DNA of 62,367 nt, filler included, from Chrysochromulina tobinii (lineage: Eukaryota): assembly GCA_001275005.1 (NCBI GenBank). It is 5 parts of 5 records of this genome, joined end to end, with 100 filler letters (N's around TTAATTAATTAA, not from the genome) between each part and the next. Parts side by side here need not be neighbours in the genome. Positions count along the whole stretch, not along the records: positions 15,908 to 30,103 come from JWZX01001342.1; positions 30,204 to 48,094 come from JWZX01001343.1; 3 more parts are not named here. One strand, given 5' to 3'. Made by a program: the position numbers and the translations under genes. The notes below the pieces were generated by a model. That model saw nothing but the letters and a program-made list of their open reading frames with translations, had not been told where the DNA came from and ran no database searches. How positions within the stretch are numbered: position 1 is the stretch's first letter; every line of letters begins with the position of its first letter. Positions 21,681-33,200 of the stretch are shown here, one piece after another.

Positions 21681-21826
21681 CCTGTGGACGCACTTTGCCT
21701 TTTGCGCCCGAAGAACAAAGTTCGGTGCATCGAGCGAGAACTTTGTAACTTACCAAGCTACCTGCACATGGGCAGGACCTGCATGTCGGCGTGAGAGCAA
21801 AGACACCGGGTCACACACATGTATGT

Positions 21827-21854
21827 CCCGGCTCCCCCCGGTGTCTTTTTACCG
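21827..21854 (+). repeat. Dispersed intergenic 28-nt motif
   Basis: CCCGGCTCCCCCCGGTGTCTTTTTACCG, identical at 56846-56873; variants at 43559-43584, 56892-56912, 19985-20024, 40147-40164. Confidence 0.7.
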
Positions 21855-22638
21855 TGACACACAGTCAGTCATTCAGTCAGTTTCGTCGCGGTCCCCCCGC
21901 GCTCACCACAAGGGACACACAAAGATACCGGTACAGTACGCGGCTGTGAACTCAACGTCTCGAAAAAGCATGGTAAATCCATCAAGAACCAGACAGGGGG
22001 ATACGGAGAGCTCAGAGTATGGGGATCTCAATCGTATCGTATAAGTCTGAAGTCAAGGACTCAAGGTCTGAAGTTTGAGTACGTAGAGATTTCTTTTTTG
22101 GAGTACCGCTAGCCGCTACCGGGTACCGCGCGCGACGCGCCGAACGCTCTGTCTCACTTTCGTCTTTCTACTTTCACTCATATCACACATTAAGTATAGC
22201 GGGTAGGCGGACACCACGAGCGGTTCTACCGTACACATCCTCTACATTCCATGGGCCGAACGGTTAATGGGTACGGCCATCCGATCGCGATGCACAGCAC
22301 GACGGTTACCGCTGTCGCCACTATTGTCCGTCATGCTCGATGCCTCGATCGTGCACAATCGCGACGCACATCGCACACCCGTCGCTCACGCGCTTGCGCC
22401 CGACATTCGCTGTACCCCCCACATCCATTCCGCTCTCGTGTGGCCTCTCCTCTGATGAAAAGGGCACCGATGCATAGCGGTGTGCATCATCACACTCATG
22501 CCTCGCCGCTCCCCCCTGCCTCCGACCCTCCGTCAGCTCTCCCCCGGTTCCACCATCACACTCGCGCCTGATCGATGCCGGCATGGCTCACCTTAAACTC
22601 GCCTTTGAACTGTGTCAAGTGCGGCGCACTGCCACTGC

Positions 22639-24453
22639 CTAGGGCTTCGCCTCCTCAGGCGCTGGCGCCTCGCCCTCAGGTGCCGGCGCCTCCGCCGCGG
22701 CCTCGGGCGCCGCCTCCTCGGGCGCCGCCTCCTCAGACACGGGCGCGGCCTCCTCGGGCGCGGCCTCCTCGGACACGGGCGCGGCCTCCTCGGATACGGG
22801 CGCGGCCTCCTCAGACACGGGCGCGGCCTCCTCGGATACGGGCGCGGCCTCCTCGGACACGGGCGCGGCCTCCTCGGGCGCGGCCTCCTCGGACACGGGC
22901 GCGGCCTCCTCGGACACGGGCGCGGCCTCCTCGGGCGCGGCCTCCTCAGACACGGGCGCCGCCTCCTCGGACACGGGCGCGGCCTCCTCGGACACGGGCG
23001 CGGCCTCCTCGGACACGGGCGCGGCCTCCTCAGACACGGGCGCCGCCTCCTCGGATACGGGCGCGGCCTCCTCGGATACGGGCGCCGCCTCCTCAGACAC
23101 GGGCGCCGCCTCCTCGGACACGGGCGCGGCCTCCTCAGACACGGGCGCCGCCTCCTCAGACACGGGCGCGGCCTCCTCGGGCGCGGCCTCCTCAGACACG
23201 GGCGCGGCCTCCTCAGACACGGGCGTGGCCTCCTCGGTCACGGGCGCCGCCTCCTCGGGCGCCGCCTCCTCGGACACGGGCGCCTCGAGTGCGGGCGCTG
23301 GTTCCGAGGCGCCTTCCTGTGGGATCGCCTCGAACGGTGGCGGCTCCTCGGGCGCGGGCTCCTCGGGCGCGGGCTCCTGGACTGGCTCCTGGAACGACAC
23401 GGCAGCCGCCGGCTCATCGCCGACCTTTTCGACGTTGCCGTTCGAGAGCCGCTTGAAGACAGCCTGGGGGGTCGCCGCGCACTTGGGCGTGTTCGAGCTC
23501 GCCATCTTCTCCGCCCCCGCCGTCGCACAATCTTCGGCCGACAGTCCGACGAGCTTCAGGGCGGTTTCGAGGCACTTGTTCGCACCCGCAGTGCCGGTCC
23601 AGCAGTCTTCGATGCTGATCTGATCGTCGACACTTGGATAAGTCGCGACAGATGCGAAGGAGCTCGGGTCCCGAGCGAGGCTGCAGTCAAACTTGCCATC
23701 AGACATGCCGAACTCCTCGAAGAGCGAGAACTGCCGGTCACGCTCGTTGCGCGTGAGCGCGAACGTCGCGACCTTCGGGCTATCCACCATGGACTGAAGC
23801 GCGTCCTTCCACGCGGTCATCGCCTTATCATTACGCGCCGTCGTGCACTTCGACGGGGGCGGGTCGTCCGCCATGAGCACGCCGGCCGTGTTTGCATTGA
23901 CAAACTGCGGGAGCATCTTCAGCGTGATTTTGCAGTCCTCCGGAGCGCACACGTCGGCGGGCACGCCCGCGCAGACTTTATCGCGAATGCGCAGGGCGTA
24001 CTCGGCGAAGTTGTAGTTGAGCCCATCGTAGAGCGAGGCCTCGTCGACCCCGATGTTGAGCGCGACAGGGCGGCGGACCGGGGTAGCGGAGAGCTTGCCG
24101 TAGATCGCCACGTGGGTCTTCTGCGCAGCGATCCGGTCCATCAGGACTGGGTTGCTGCTCCTTACTTTTTCGCCAGTGATGGCGTTGAAGATGCTCGTCG
24201 ACATGTCAGTCGCCATGTTGCCAGTGCATTCGGCGACCTCGTTCGTCGCCCACACCGTCTTCTTGAATGCAAATGGCTCCCCGAGGTCGATCATACACGG
24301 GTGCGTCTGGAGCGCCGCCCCAAACTCCGCCGTGCCGCTTCCGTGGTCAGAGATGATGACGAGCACCTGCGGCGCCTCACTAGCCTGAAGTGTAATTTCA
24401 TTTCCACCGAGCACACTCGCGCCCAAGGCCGCAAGCGGCAAGGCGGCGTACAT
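22639..24453 (-). CDS. Secreted sulfotransferase-fold-like protein with a long acidic (EEAAPVS)n tail, paralogue A
   Basis: Signal-like N-terminus; [32 protein letters not shown] resembles the 5'-PSB loop; [13 protein letters not shown] resembles the 3'-PB motif; long 21/15-bp repeat tail. Confidence 0.7.
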   Translation of the reverse strand: MYAALPLAALGASVLGGNEITLQASEAPQVLVIISDHGSGTAEFGAALQTHPCMIDLGEPFAFKKTVWATNEVAECTGNMATDMSTSIFNAITGEKVRSSNPVLMDRIAAQKTHVAIYGKLSATPVRRPVALNIGVDEASLYDGLNYNFAEYALRIRDKVCAGVPADVCAPEDCKITLKMLPQFVNANTAGVLMADDPPPSKCTTARNDKAMTAWKDALQSMVDSPKVATFALTRNERDRQFSLFEEFGMSDGKFDCSLARDPSSFASVATYPSVDDQISIEDCWTGTAGANKCLETALKLVGLSAEDCATAGAEKMASSNTPKCAATPQAVFKRLSNGNVEKVGDEPAAAVSFQEPVQEPAPEEPAPEEPPPFEAIPQEGASEPAPALEAPVSEEAAPEEAAPVTEEATPVSEEAAPVSEEAAPEEAAPVSEEAAPVSEEAAPVSEEAAPVSEEAAPVSEEAAPVSEEAAPVSEEAAPVSEEAAPVSEEAAPVSEEAAPVSEEAAPEEAAPVSEEAAPVSEEAAPEEAAPVSEEAAPVSEEAAPVSEEAAPVSEEAAPVSEEAAPEEAAPVSEEAAPEEAAPEAAAEAPAPEGEAPAPEEAKP

Positions 24454-24866
24454 CGTGGCTCTTTACCCAAAAATGGGACTCTGACACTCAGTTCCCGAAA
24501 AGGAACTCGGACCTCAGAGGGACTGTGAATCGAGCCTCTTACTGTGAATAGAGTTTCTCATGCGAGAAGATGTGCGTGCGGAGTGCGCGCGCGCAGAGAC
24601 GTACTGGACGGAGTCGTACGACGACGTACGTCGGAAGGAAGCCCGTGCGAGCTGTGACCCGCAGCGGGGAGTCCCGCACGAAACGAACATTGTGCTACTG
24701 CTTGGCAATAATTTACCGTGCTGTGGACTTAGTGGGCGGAAGCCAGGGGGCGGCAACGCCGGTTTTTCGCCCTTTTTGTGAGTCCAAACGTTCTGGCAAA
24801 ACGGCAAAGCACTTTCAAGGCTCTCCGAACCAAATCGGGACCTGGTCCATATTTGGGTAAAAAAAG

Positions 24867-26138
24867 ATGGTCTTCACCATGCTGTGTGCCATCATGGCGC
24901 TGCCACTGCAAATGCGCGGGGCCGAGGTAAATGAAGTGCAGGCACTCCAGGCTAGTGAGGCGCCGCAGGTGCTCGTCATCATCTCTGACCACGGAAGCGG
25001 CACGGCGGAGTTTGGGGCGGCGCTCCAGACGCACCCGTGTATGATCGACCTCGGGGAGCCATTTGCATTCAAGAAGACGGTGTGGGCGACAAACGCGGTC
25101 GCCGAATGCACTGGCAACATGGCGACTGACATGACGACGACTGTCTTCAACGCCATCACTGGCGAACTCGTGAAGGGCAGCAACCCAGTCCTGATGGACC
25201 GGATCGCTGCGCAGAAGACCCACGTGGCGATCTACGGCAAGCTCTCCGATACCCAGGTTCGCCGCCCTGTCGCGCTCAACATCGGGGTCGACGAGGCCTC
25301 GCTCTACGATGGGCTCAACTACAACTTCGCCGAGTACGTCCTGCGCATTCGCGATAAAGTCTGCGCGGGCGTGCCCGCCGACGTGTGCGCTCCGGAGGAC
25401 TGCAAAATCACGCTGAAGATGCTCCCGCAGTTTGTCAATGCAAACACGGCCGGCGTGCTCATGGCGGACGACCCGCCCGCGTCGAAGTGCACGACGGCGC
25501 GTAACGATAAGGCGATGATCGCGTGGAAGGACGCGCTTCAGTCCATGGTGGATAGCCCGAAGGTCGCGACGTTCGCGCTCACGCGCAACGAGCGTGACCG
25601 GCAGATGTCGCTCTTCAAGGAATACGGCATGATCATGGGCAAGTTTGACTGCAGCCTCGCTCGCGACCCGAGCCCCTTTGCCTCCGCTGCGACCTTTCCG
25701 AACGTCGACGATCAGATCAGCATCGAAGACTGCTGGACCGGCACTGCGGGTGCGAACAAGTGCCTCGAAACCGCCCTGAAGCTCGTCGGACTGTCGGCCG
25801 AAGATTGTGCGACGGCGGGGGCGGAGAAGATGGCGAGCTCGAACACCGCCATGTGCGCCGCGACCCCTCAGGCTGTCTACAAGCGGCTCTCGAACGGCAA
25901 CCTCGAGAAGGTCGGCGAGGAGGCGGCTGGCGTGACGTTCCAGGCGCCCGCGCCCGAGGAGGCGGCGCCCGCGCCCGAGGAGGCGGCGCCCGCGCCCGAG
26001 GAGGCCGCGCCCGCGCCCGAGGAGGCCGCGCCCGTGTCCGAGGAGGCGGCGCCCGAGGAGGCGGCACCGTCGAAGGCGTGGTGGCCGTTTGGCAATTCGA
26101 ACACGACGCAGCAGCTCGCTACGGTAGGGAAGCCCTAG
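24867..26138 (+). CDS. Secreted sulfotransferase-fold-like protein with a short (EEAAPAP)n tail, paralogue B
   Basis: Core nearly identical to paralogue A, inverted orientation, different signal peptide, six EEAAP units. Confidence 0.7.
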   Translation: MVFTMLCAIMALPLQMRGAEVNEVQALQASEAPQVLVIISDHGSGTAEFGAALQTHPCMIDLGEPFAFKKTVWATNAVAECTGNMATDMTTTVFNAITGELVKGSNPVLMDRIAAQKTHVAIYGKLSDTQVRRPVALNIGVDEASLYDGLNYNFAEYVLRIRDKVCAGVPADVCAPEDCKITLKMLPQFVNANTAGVLMADDPPASKCTTARNDKAMIAWKDALQSMVDSPKVATFALTRNERDRQMSLFKEYGMIMGKFDCSLARDPSPFASAATFPNVDDQISIEDCWTGTAGANKCLETALKLVGLSAEDCATAGAEKMASSNTAMCAATPQAVYKRLSNGNLEKVGEEAAGVTFQAPAPEEAAPAPEEAAPAPEEAAPAPEEAAPVSEEAAPEEAAPSKAWWPFGNSNTTQQLATVGKP

Positions 26139-26783
26139 GCAGCGGCAGTGCGCCGCACTTGACAGTGCGAGCCATACCGGCCGGCGTCGATCAGGCGCGT
26201 GACGCAGATGGCCATGTAGCCGGGTGTGTGAATGGTGGAGCCGGGGGCCGACGGAGGCATGGGGGAGCGGCAAGACACGAGCGTGATGATGCGCACCGCT
26301 ATGCATCGGTGCCCTTTTCATCTGGCACGAGAGGGGGAATGGACGTGGGGGAGCTCGGGATTGTGCGTCGCAAGTGCGATGTGCGGGTGGCGAGTGTGCA
26401 CGATCTCCGGGTCTGAGATCGAGCGTGCCTATAGCGGCGAGACAGCCGTCTGAACTGCCGTGACCGTCGTGGACTCTTGGTCCTTTCTTGGTCCGATACA
26501 AGTGTGCGTAGCGCTGATGATGTCTGCGTATACATGGGCCGTGTGCGTGCGTGGGACGTGCAAGTGACCGTAGAGAGAGCGTAGTGTACCAGTATGAGCG
26601 GCATCGAGAGATACTTTAAACCCGGACTTAAACGCTGTGCCGCCAGGGCGTTTTAGGTTTTTTCGTGACAAACTTCGTGTTTCGGAGAGAATAACATATT
26701 CGTCCTCGACACGACACTCTGTCTGTCAAGCAAGGAAACAACACTTGATTCACACCTCGACGACGCGGTTCCCGCGCGAATGG

Positions 26784-27931
26784 ATGGCGCCCTCCGCAAC
26801 AATGTCGCGTCGGCCGTCGTCGCATCGGCTATTGGAGTGCCCGAATGGCCATGCACTCAAATCTCACCGTGGCATTAACACTGCCGACGTCTTGTCATGC
26901 GACAAGTGCGACGCGGACATCGATACCGGTCACAAGCGATTTAGCTGTTCTGGGTGCGATTACGACGTGTGCTACAAGTGCGCCCAGGATGGAGGCATCG
27001 CGACGCCGGGCGGCTCCGGAGGCACGCCAGCTGCCGCTTGCGCCCGCGTATCGCCGCGATCCGCTGCAGCTGCCGCTAAGGCAGCTGCGTTTTTGCGCCC
27101 ATCGGCCGTGCCACCGCCTGATGCTCCCGTCGCACTACCGCCCGCTGCTGCTGCTGCCGTGCCGCCGCCGCCGCCGCCGTCTGACGTGGCCGCCTTGGCC
27201 GCGTTGCTCGCCGACGAGGAGGCTGCGCTGGAGCGGATGCGCGTCGATCTGTGCCTGAAGACGTTGCGCTTCGCCATGGGACCGCCGCGCGCTGCCCCGC
27301 CCAGCCCACTGCCGGCCCTCTTCGCCGGAAGTCAGTGGTCAGGTATGGCGGGCGCCGAGCCGTTCAACCTGATCGTGAGCCACCGCGACGGCGCGGCGGC
27401 CGAGGCGGTGGGCGTGTGGCCGGGCGTGAGCGCCACGCGCATGGACGGCACCGTTCACGCCGATGGCGGCGCTCACGACGGCGCCAACGGCCCGTCGGCG
27501 CTCACGATAGCGCTCGAGGAGTTCGAAGCCGTTGCGGGCGAACCTCGACCCGCATCTCGGCGGATCTCCCTGCGGCTGCGCCTCGAAGCTCCCCTCGAGG
27601 GCTCGCGCGCGCATGTGCTCGTCGGCGAGGCGACCGCCGCCGGCGGCGGAGCGTCGTCCCGAGCACGCCTCGAGCAGCTCCCCCCCTGGGAACCGGTCGC
27701 GTCGCAACCGTTCACAGGATTACACGAGCTCCAGGCTGGCACCGCGGCTCTGGCGCAGGCCGCCGTAAATGCGGCCGCGAGTGCGGCGGCCGTGGACGCC
27801 GCCAAGGCCGCTGCCGGTCTTACTGCCCTGGACACCTCGACAAGCGCTGCCCTGGGCACCTCGAAAAGCGCTGCCCTGGACACCTCGACAAGCGCTGCCC
27901 TCGATGCCACCGCCAGCGCCCTACCGCCGCC

Positions 27932-27962
<31 letters not shown>

Positions 27963-30103
27963 CTGCTGCTGCAAGAGCGTGCAGCATCGTCGCGTCTCGC
28001 AGCGGGCGCCATCGCGGGCGCCGACGCCATCGAGACGGCGGGCGCCCGTGACGGCGCCCGCGACGGCGCGTTCGACTCGGATGCACTGGTGGACGAGGAG
28101 CGGTCACATGAGGCCGCGGCCAAGCTTCGTCAAGATTCGTCAGACTCGCGGCCGCGGTCACATGAGGCCGCGGCCAAGCTTCGTCAAGATTCGTCAGACT
28201 CGCGGCCGCGGTCACATGAGGCTGTGGCCATGCTTCGTCAAGATTCGTCAGACTCGCGGTCACATGAGGCCGCGGCCAAGCTTGCTGCTCTCGAAGCGGC
28301 CTCGCTCTCGAACCTGATGTCGCAGGACGCGGCGCAGGTGGCGGCCGAGGCGGCGGCCGCCGCTGCTGGCTTTCCGTTCCCCTTCGGTGCCGAGACGGAC
28401 ATAGGCGCCGCCATCGGGGAGGAGGCACTCAGATGCACTCAGACGCAATTAGAGGCCATCAGAGGCCATCAGAGGCCATGGAGAGGGGTGGAGGGCCGCT
28501 CACGATTGCGTGACCTGAGCTGTGGAATCGCCGACGGGGCGAGCTGTGGAATCGCCGACGGGGCGAGCTGTGGAATCGCCGACGGGGCGAGCTGTGGAAT
28601 CGCCGACGGGGCGAGCTGTGGAATCGCCGACGGGGCGAGCTGTGGAATCGCCGACGGGGCGAGCTGTGGAATCGCCGACGGGGCGAGCTGTGGAATCGCC
28701 GAAGGGGCGACTGAGGTAGACGAGCCAGCGGCGTGGACTGCGCGGGATGCTGAGCCGGCGGCGCAGGCGCTGCTGATCCTACCCGGGTCGGCGGAGGCGG
28801 CGGAGGCGGCGGAGGCGGCGGAGGCGGCGGAGGCGGCGGAGGCGGCGGCGGAAGCGAGATCTCCGCGAGATTCTGTAGCGGGGGAGGACGAGACGGAGCC
28901 CCCGGAGCCCGATCCGGAGCCCGAGTACCCGACCATGGAGGAGGAGGAGAGGGTCGAGGAGGAGGAGGAGGCAGCGGCGGCGGTGCCCACGACGGCGCCC
29001 ATGGAGGAAGCTACGTCGCATGAGGCTGAACTCTATGGGCGCCGTCGTGAGCGTGAAGCCGCGCCTCTTGACGTGACGCCGCATGGGCGCCGTCGTGGGC
29101 ATGAAGCCGCGCCTCTTGATGTCACGCCGCTCGGCCACGCGGGCGGCGGCGGCGGCGTTGGGGGCGGCGGCGGCGGCGGCGGCGGCAGGGGTTGCGGTGG
29201 CGGAGAGCGAGACGGATGGCCAAGTGGCACGCAGCTCGACCCGCAATCTGACGCACGCCCAGCTGACCCCCTGAGCCATGCAAGTCACGCCGGTGGCGCC
29301 CACGACGGCGCCGGCGTGGGTGGCAGCGCGAGCGTCGCACTGACCCAAGCAGACGACTCGGAGGCAGCGGGCAGCGAGGGCAGTGACGGCGGCGGCGGTG
29401 CGCGGTACCTTGACCGCAATCTCCTCTTCTCGATGGGCTTCGGCGCGCAGCGCGTGCAGTGGGCGCTCGATCAGAATAACGACGACCCCCAAGTGGCACT
29501 CGAGGTGCTGCTCAATATGGCGCCTGAGCCGCCGCCGCCACTCGCGCCGCCGCGGCGGGTAGCACCTGCCGTCACTCTCGCCCCCCGCTCTGTCGCTCCT
29601 GCCACCTTTGTATCGTCCGCCGTCGCGCGTCCCGCCGCCATCATTGGGAGCAATCTCGTCAATCTCGCCAATCCCGTCAATCCCGCCGCCATCATTGGGA
29701 GCAAGAAACGCCCGGCCGAGGGCGGCGCGGGGGCATCCGCCTCGTCTTCACAGCGCAGCCAGCGCGCCGATGGCGGCAGTGGCAAGGCAAGCAAGGGTGG
29801 CAGTGGCGCTGTCGTCGGCGGCGGCAGCCGAGGCGGTGGGGGAGGAGGCAGCCGAGGCGGCGGCGGCAGCAGTCAGCAGGCCATTCGCCCATGCCCAAGC
29901 TGCCATCGCAATCCGATTAGCGGAGCAGCTGCCGTGTGCATCTCGTGCTCCTTTGGCACCGCAGGCGGCGGAGGCGGCGTGGCGGAGCGGCGTCAAGGAG
30001 GACATCAGGGAGGACATCAGGGAGGACATCAGGGAGGACATCAGGGAGGTCATCAGGGAGGCTCAGTTGTCCACGGGCCGAGCTCGAGTGCACACGCCGC
30101 CAA
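26784..30103 (+). CDS. 3'-partial protein with N-terminal ZZ/C1-like zinc finger, UBA domain and C-terminal Cys4 motif
   Basis: CPNGH...CDKC...FSCSGCDYDVCYKC; LFSMGFGAQRVQWALDQNNDDPQVALEVLL (UBA MGF loop); CPSC...CISC; runs into the spacer; some repeats inside may be introns. Confidence 0.7.
28518..28709 (+). repeat. 24-bp tandem repeat, 8 copies
   Basis: AGCTGTGGAATCGCCGACGGGGCG (SCGIADGA in frame). Confidence 0.9.
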
Positions 30104-30203
30104 NNNNNNNNNNNNNNNNNNNNNNNNNNNNNNNNNNNNNNNNNNNNTTAATTAATTAANNNNNNNNNNNNNNNNNNNNNNNNNNNNNNNNNNNNNNNNN
30201 NNN
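30104..30203. other. Artificial contig-joining spacer
   Basis: N44-TTAATTAATTAA-N44. Confidence 0.97.
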
Positions 30204-33200
30204 TCGCCATCTCCGCCCCCGCCGTCGCCCCCACCGCCGTCGCCGTCGCCGCCACCGCCCTCGCCATCGCCCCCGCCGCCGTCGCCCCCGCCGCCGTCGC
30301 CCTCGCCCCCCCCACCGTCGCCTTCGCCCCCGCCGCCGAGCCGACCGCGTCAGCCGCCTCCAGGGCTTCCACCATCACCACCCAGCCTCGGCTGCACGGA
30401 CAGCACCAAGCGCGGCTTCAATCCGAACGCGACCGTCGACGACGGCTCGTGCATACCATATATAGTCGGCTGCCGCAACTCGACGGCGGCCAACTACAAC
30501 GCGAGCGCCGAGGTGGACGGTCTGTGCCTCTTCTACGGATGCACGGCCTCGATGGCGACCAACTTCGACGCGGGTGCCGGCGTGGACGATGGCACTTGCA
30601 CGTTCGTGAGCGTGAGCGGCACGATTGCCTCCTTTGGATACCTAAGTGGGTGCCGCGTCTTCCTAGACGGGTTCGGTTCCTCGTACTCGCCCGAGGGGAA
30701 GCGCGGGCGCGAAGATCCCTACGACACGAGCTCGCCGATCGGCCACTACACGGTTGTTTACCGCCAGCAGGGTGTGATCAACGTGCAGCCGGCCAACGCC
30801 ACCGGAGGCTTTCCATGCACAGACACCATCAGCGGTTCCTCGCTCACCGCGCCGCTACGCACCCTGATGAACGCGAGTCTCGTCAGTCCTCTGACGACGA
30901 TCGCTACGGCGCTCGTGGGCGCCTCGCTCAGCAACAGCACCGGCCAGCCCACCCTACACGCGAGCCCCGACCAAGGGCAGCGCAACTTCTCTGACGCGCT
31001 GGGCAACTTCTCCGTCGCAGCTGCCGCCAATATGGTCTGCCGCAACCTCATCCCACCGGTACCGTGCGCGGACTCGTTCCAGCCGTGCGACAGCGCCACG
31101 GGCTTTGCCGACGCATGCACTCTCAATGGGTCGCCGCTCTCGGTCTTCCACTTCGACGCGCTCAACGAGTACATCTACTCCGACCTACCCGAAGCGGCGT
31201 GGTCGGCGTGGATCGTCGGGCAGCTCAACGCGTACTTTACTGTCGGCTGTGCGACGAACGCGCTCATCTGTGCGTCGCGCGAGGCACAGATTGGCACAGC
31301 TGCCGGCTCAGGATGGACGACCAGCTGTGCGGCGCAGGGCGTGGTCGTGGGCAATCACTCGAAGGAAGCGCTGGGCACGGCGATCTTCTTCTCGCTCGCC
31401 GAGATGATTGCGCTCGGGCCGGCGAATCTCGAGGACCAGACGGGAGCTGGCGTGGCAGATCTCATCAGTCGCGCCTCCGCCCGCCTCGGGGTGGCTCCCA
31501 TCAACGCGCTCAGTCTCAGCCAACAATGCGGAATGCAAAACTTCGTCACGTACACCTCGCTCACTGGCGCCGGCAGCGGCCGTCGCGCACTTGCGGCCGA
31601 GCAAGCATCGTTGTCGTCATCGACCGACGCGCCCTCGCGCGCCGCGACCGAAGCGATGCCGGTAGCGGTGGACGAGGACGTCGAGGAGCTCGCCGGCGAG
31701 GTCGCCAAGCGCGTGGGACGCGTGTGCGACGCGCTACAGCCCCACAGGAGCCACTTCCCCACAGGAGCCACTTCCCCACAGGAGCCACTTCCCCACAGGA
31801 GCCACTGCCGCCAGAGGCTCGAGCGCGTGCTAGTGCGCCTCAATGCTCAAGAGGAGAAGAGGAGACGAGTGCTCACCACGGCGCTCGATGTGCGCTCGTC
31901 ACGGCGCTCATCGACGGTTGGAGGGCTGGCGCCGTTGGAGGCGGGGCCAGCGCCGTTGGAGGTGGGGCCAGCGCCGTTGGAGGCGGGGCCAGCGCCGTTG
32001 AAGGGGGGGCCAGCGCCCGAGCCGACGCACACGATCCCCGGGTGGTGGTTACACGACTCGGGTGGTGGTTACACGACGCACACGATCCCCGGGTGGTGGT
32101 TACACGACTCGGGTGGTGGTTACACGACGCACACGATCCCCGGGTGGTGGTTACACGACTCGGGTGGTGGTTACACGACGCACACGATCCTCGGGTGGTG
32201 GTCTGCGCCGCCGCTGCTCCTCACCGCTCTCGTGACGACGATCCTCTTAGCACTCAAGAAAGGAGGGCAGCGCGCAGGCCGTAAGCTCGATCAGAAATCT
32301 CGATCTCAATCTCAATCTCGATCAGGCCGCAAGCTCGATCAGCGCGACCAGCACGGCGCGCGCCTGCCGGCGGGCATGACGTCGGCGCACGGTAGCCTCG
32401 CGGGCAGCCCCCCCCTGGTCATTCCCCCATCCTCACCCCATTCCATAGATCTCGGCAGTGCGACCTCACCCTCTACCCAACCCTCACCCGGCTCGGTCGA
32501 GGGGGGCAGCGCGCCCACATCCAGTGAGCCCTCGCCCAATTCAATCGAGCTGGGCAGTTCGGCGCGCGTCTCCAGCGGCTCGTCCTTCTTTTCGCGCACG
32601 CCCCTGATGTCGCGCTCGCGCTCGCTCCCGATGGCGCTCGCGCGGCGCCGATCTGAGGGCGAGGGCACCGAGGTGGCTGCCCCACGGGTGGCTGCCACCT
32701 CCAACGCTAGCCCGGTGGCCAGCCGCATGGCGAGCCACATGGGGGGCTCGTCTGCACGGAGCCCCCGGCTTGCGCCGTCGTGCGGAGAGGAGCCTCCACC
32801 CGTGCCCACCTCGGCGCTTCTCATGCACTCCGTGCCCACCTCGGCGCTTCTCATGCGCTCCGGCCGCAAGCGCTCGACATCGTTCGAGCAGCCCGAGGCA
32901 GCATCAGAGGCTGCGCCTTCGCCGCGGGGCGCCGCCGCGAGGGCACGCTCTGACGAAAAAGGAAGGGCGAGCTCTGACGAAACCGGAAGGGCGAGCTCTG
33001 ACGAAACCGGAAAGGCGAGCTCTGACGAAACCGGAAATCCAAGCTCTTGGTTGCCTCACCCCGCCATGCCACGCACGCTCGTGCTACAGCTCCCGCTGCT
33101 TGAGACGTCGATGGACGCGACGCAGCGCCTCGAGGGGCAGCGCCGGCGCAGTGGGTCAAGCAAGTCTGTGGGTGCTGCGGCCGCCACCTCCCCCCCACCG

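Noticed and set aside
22575..26501. Long antisense and alternative-frame ORFs (22612-24528, 24729-26501, also 18748-19968, 59042-60022)
   Set aside because: Shadow ORFs from high GC and repeats opposite well-supported genes
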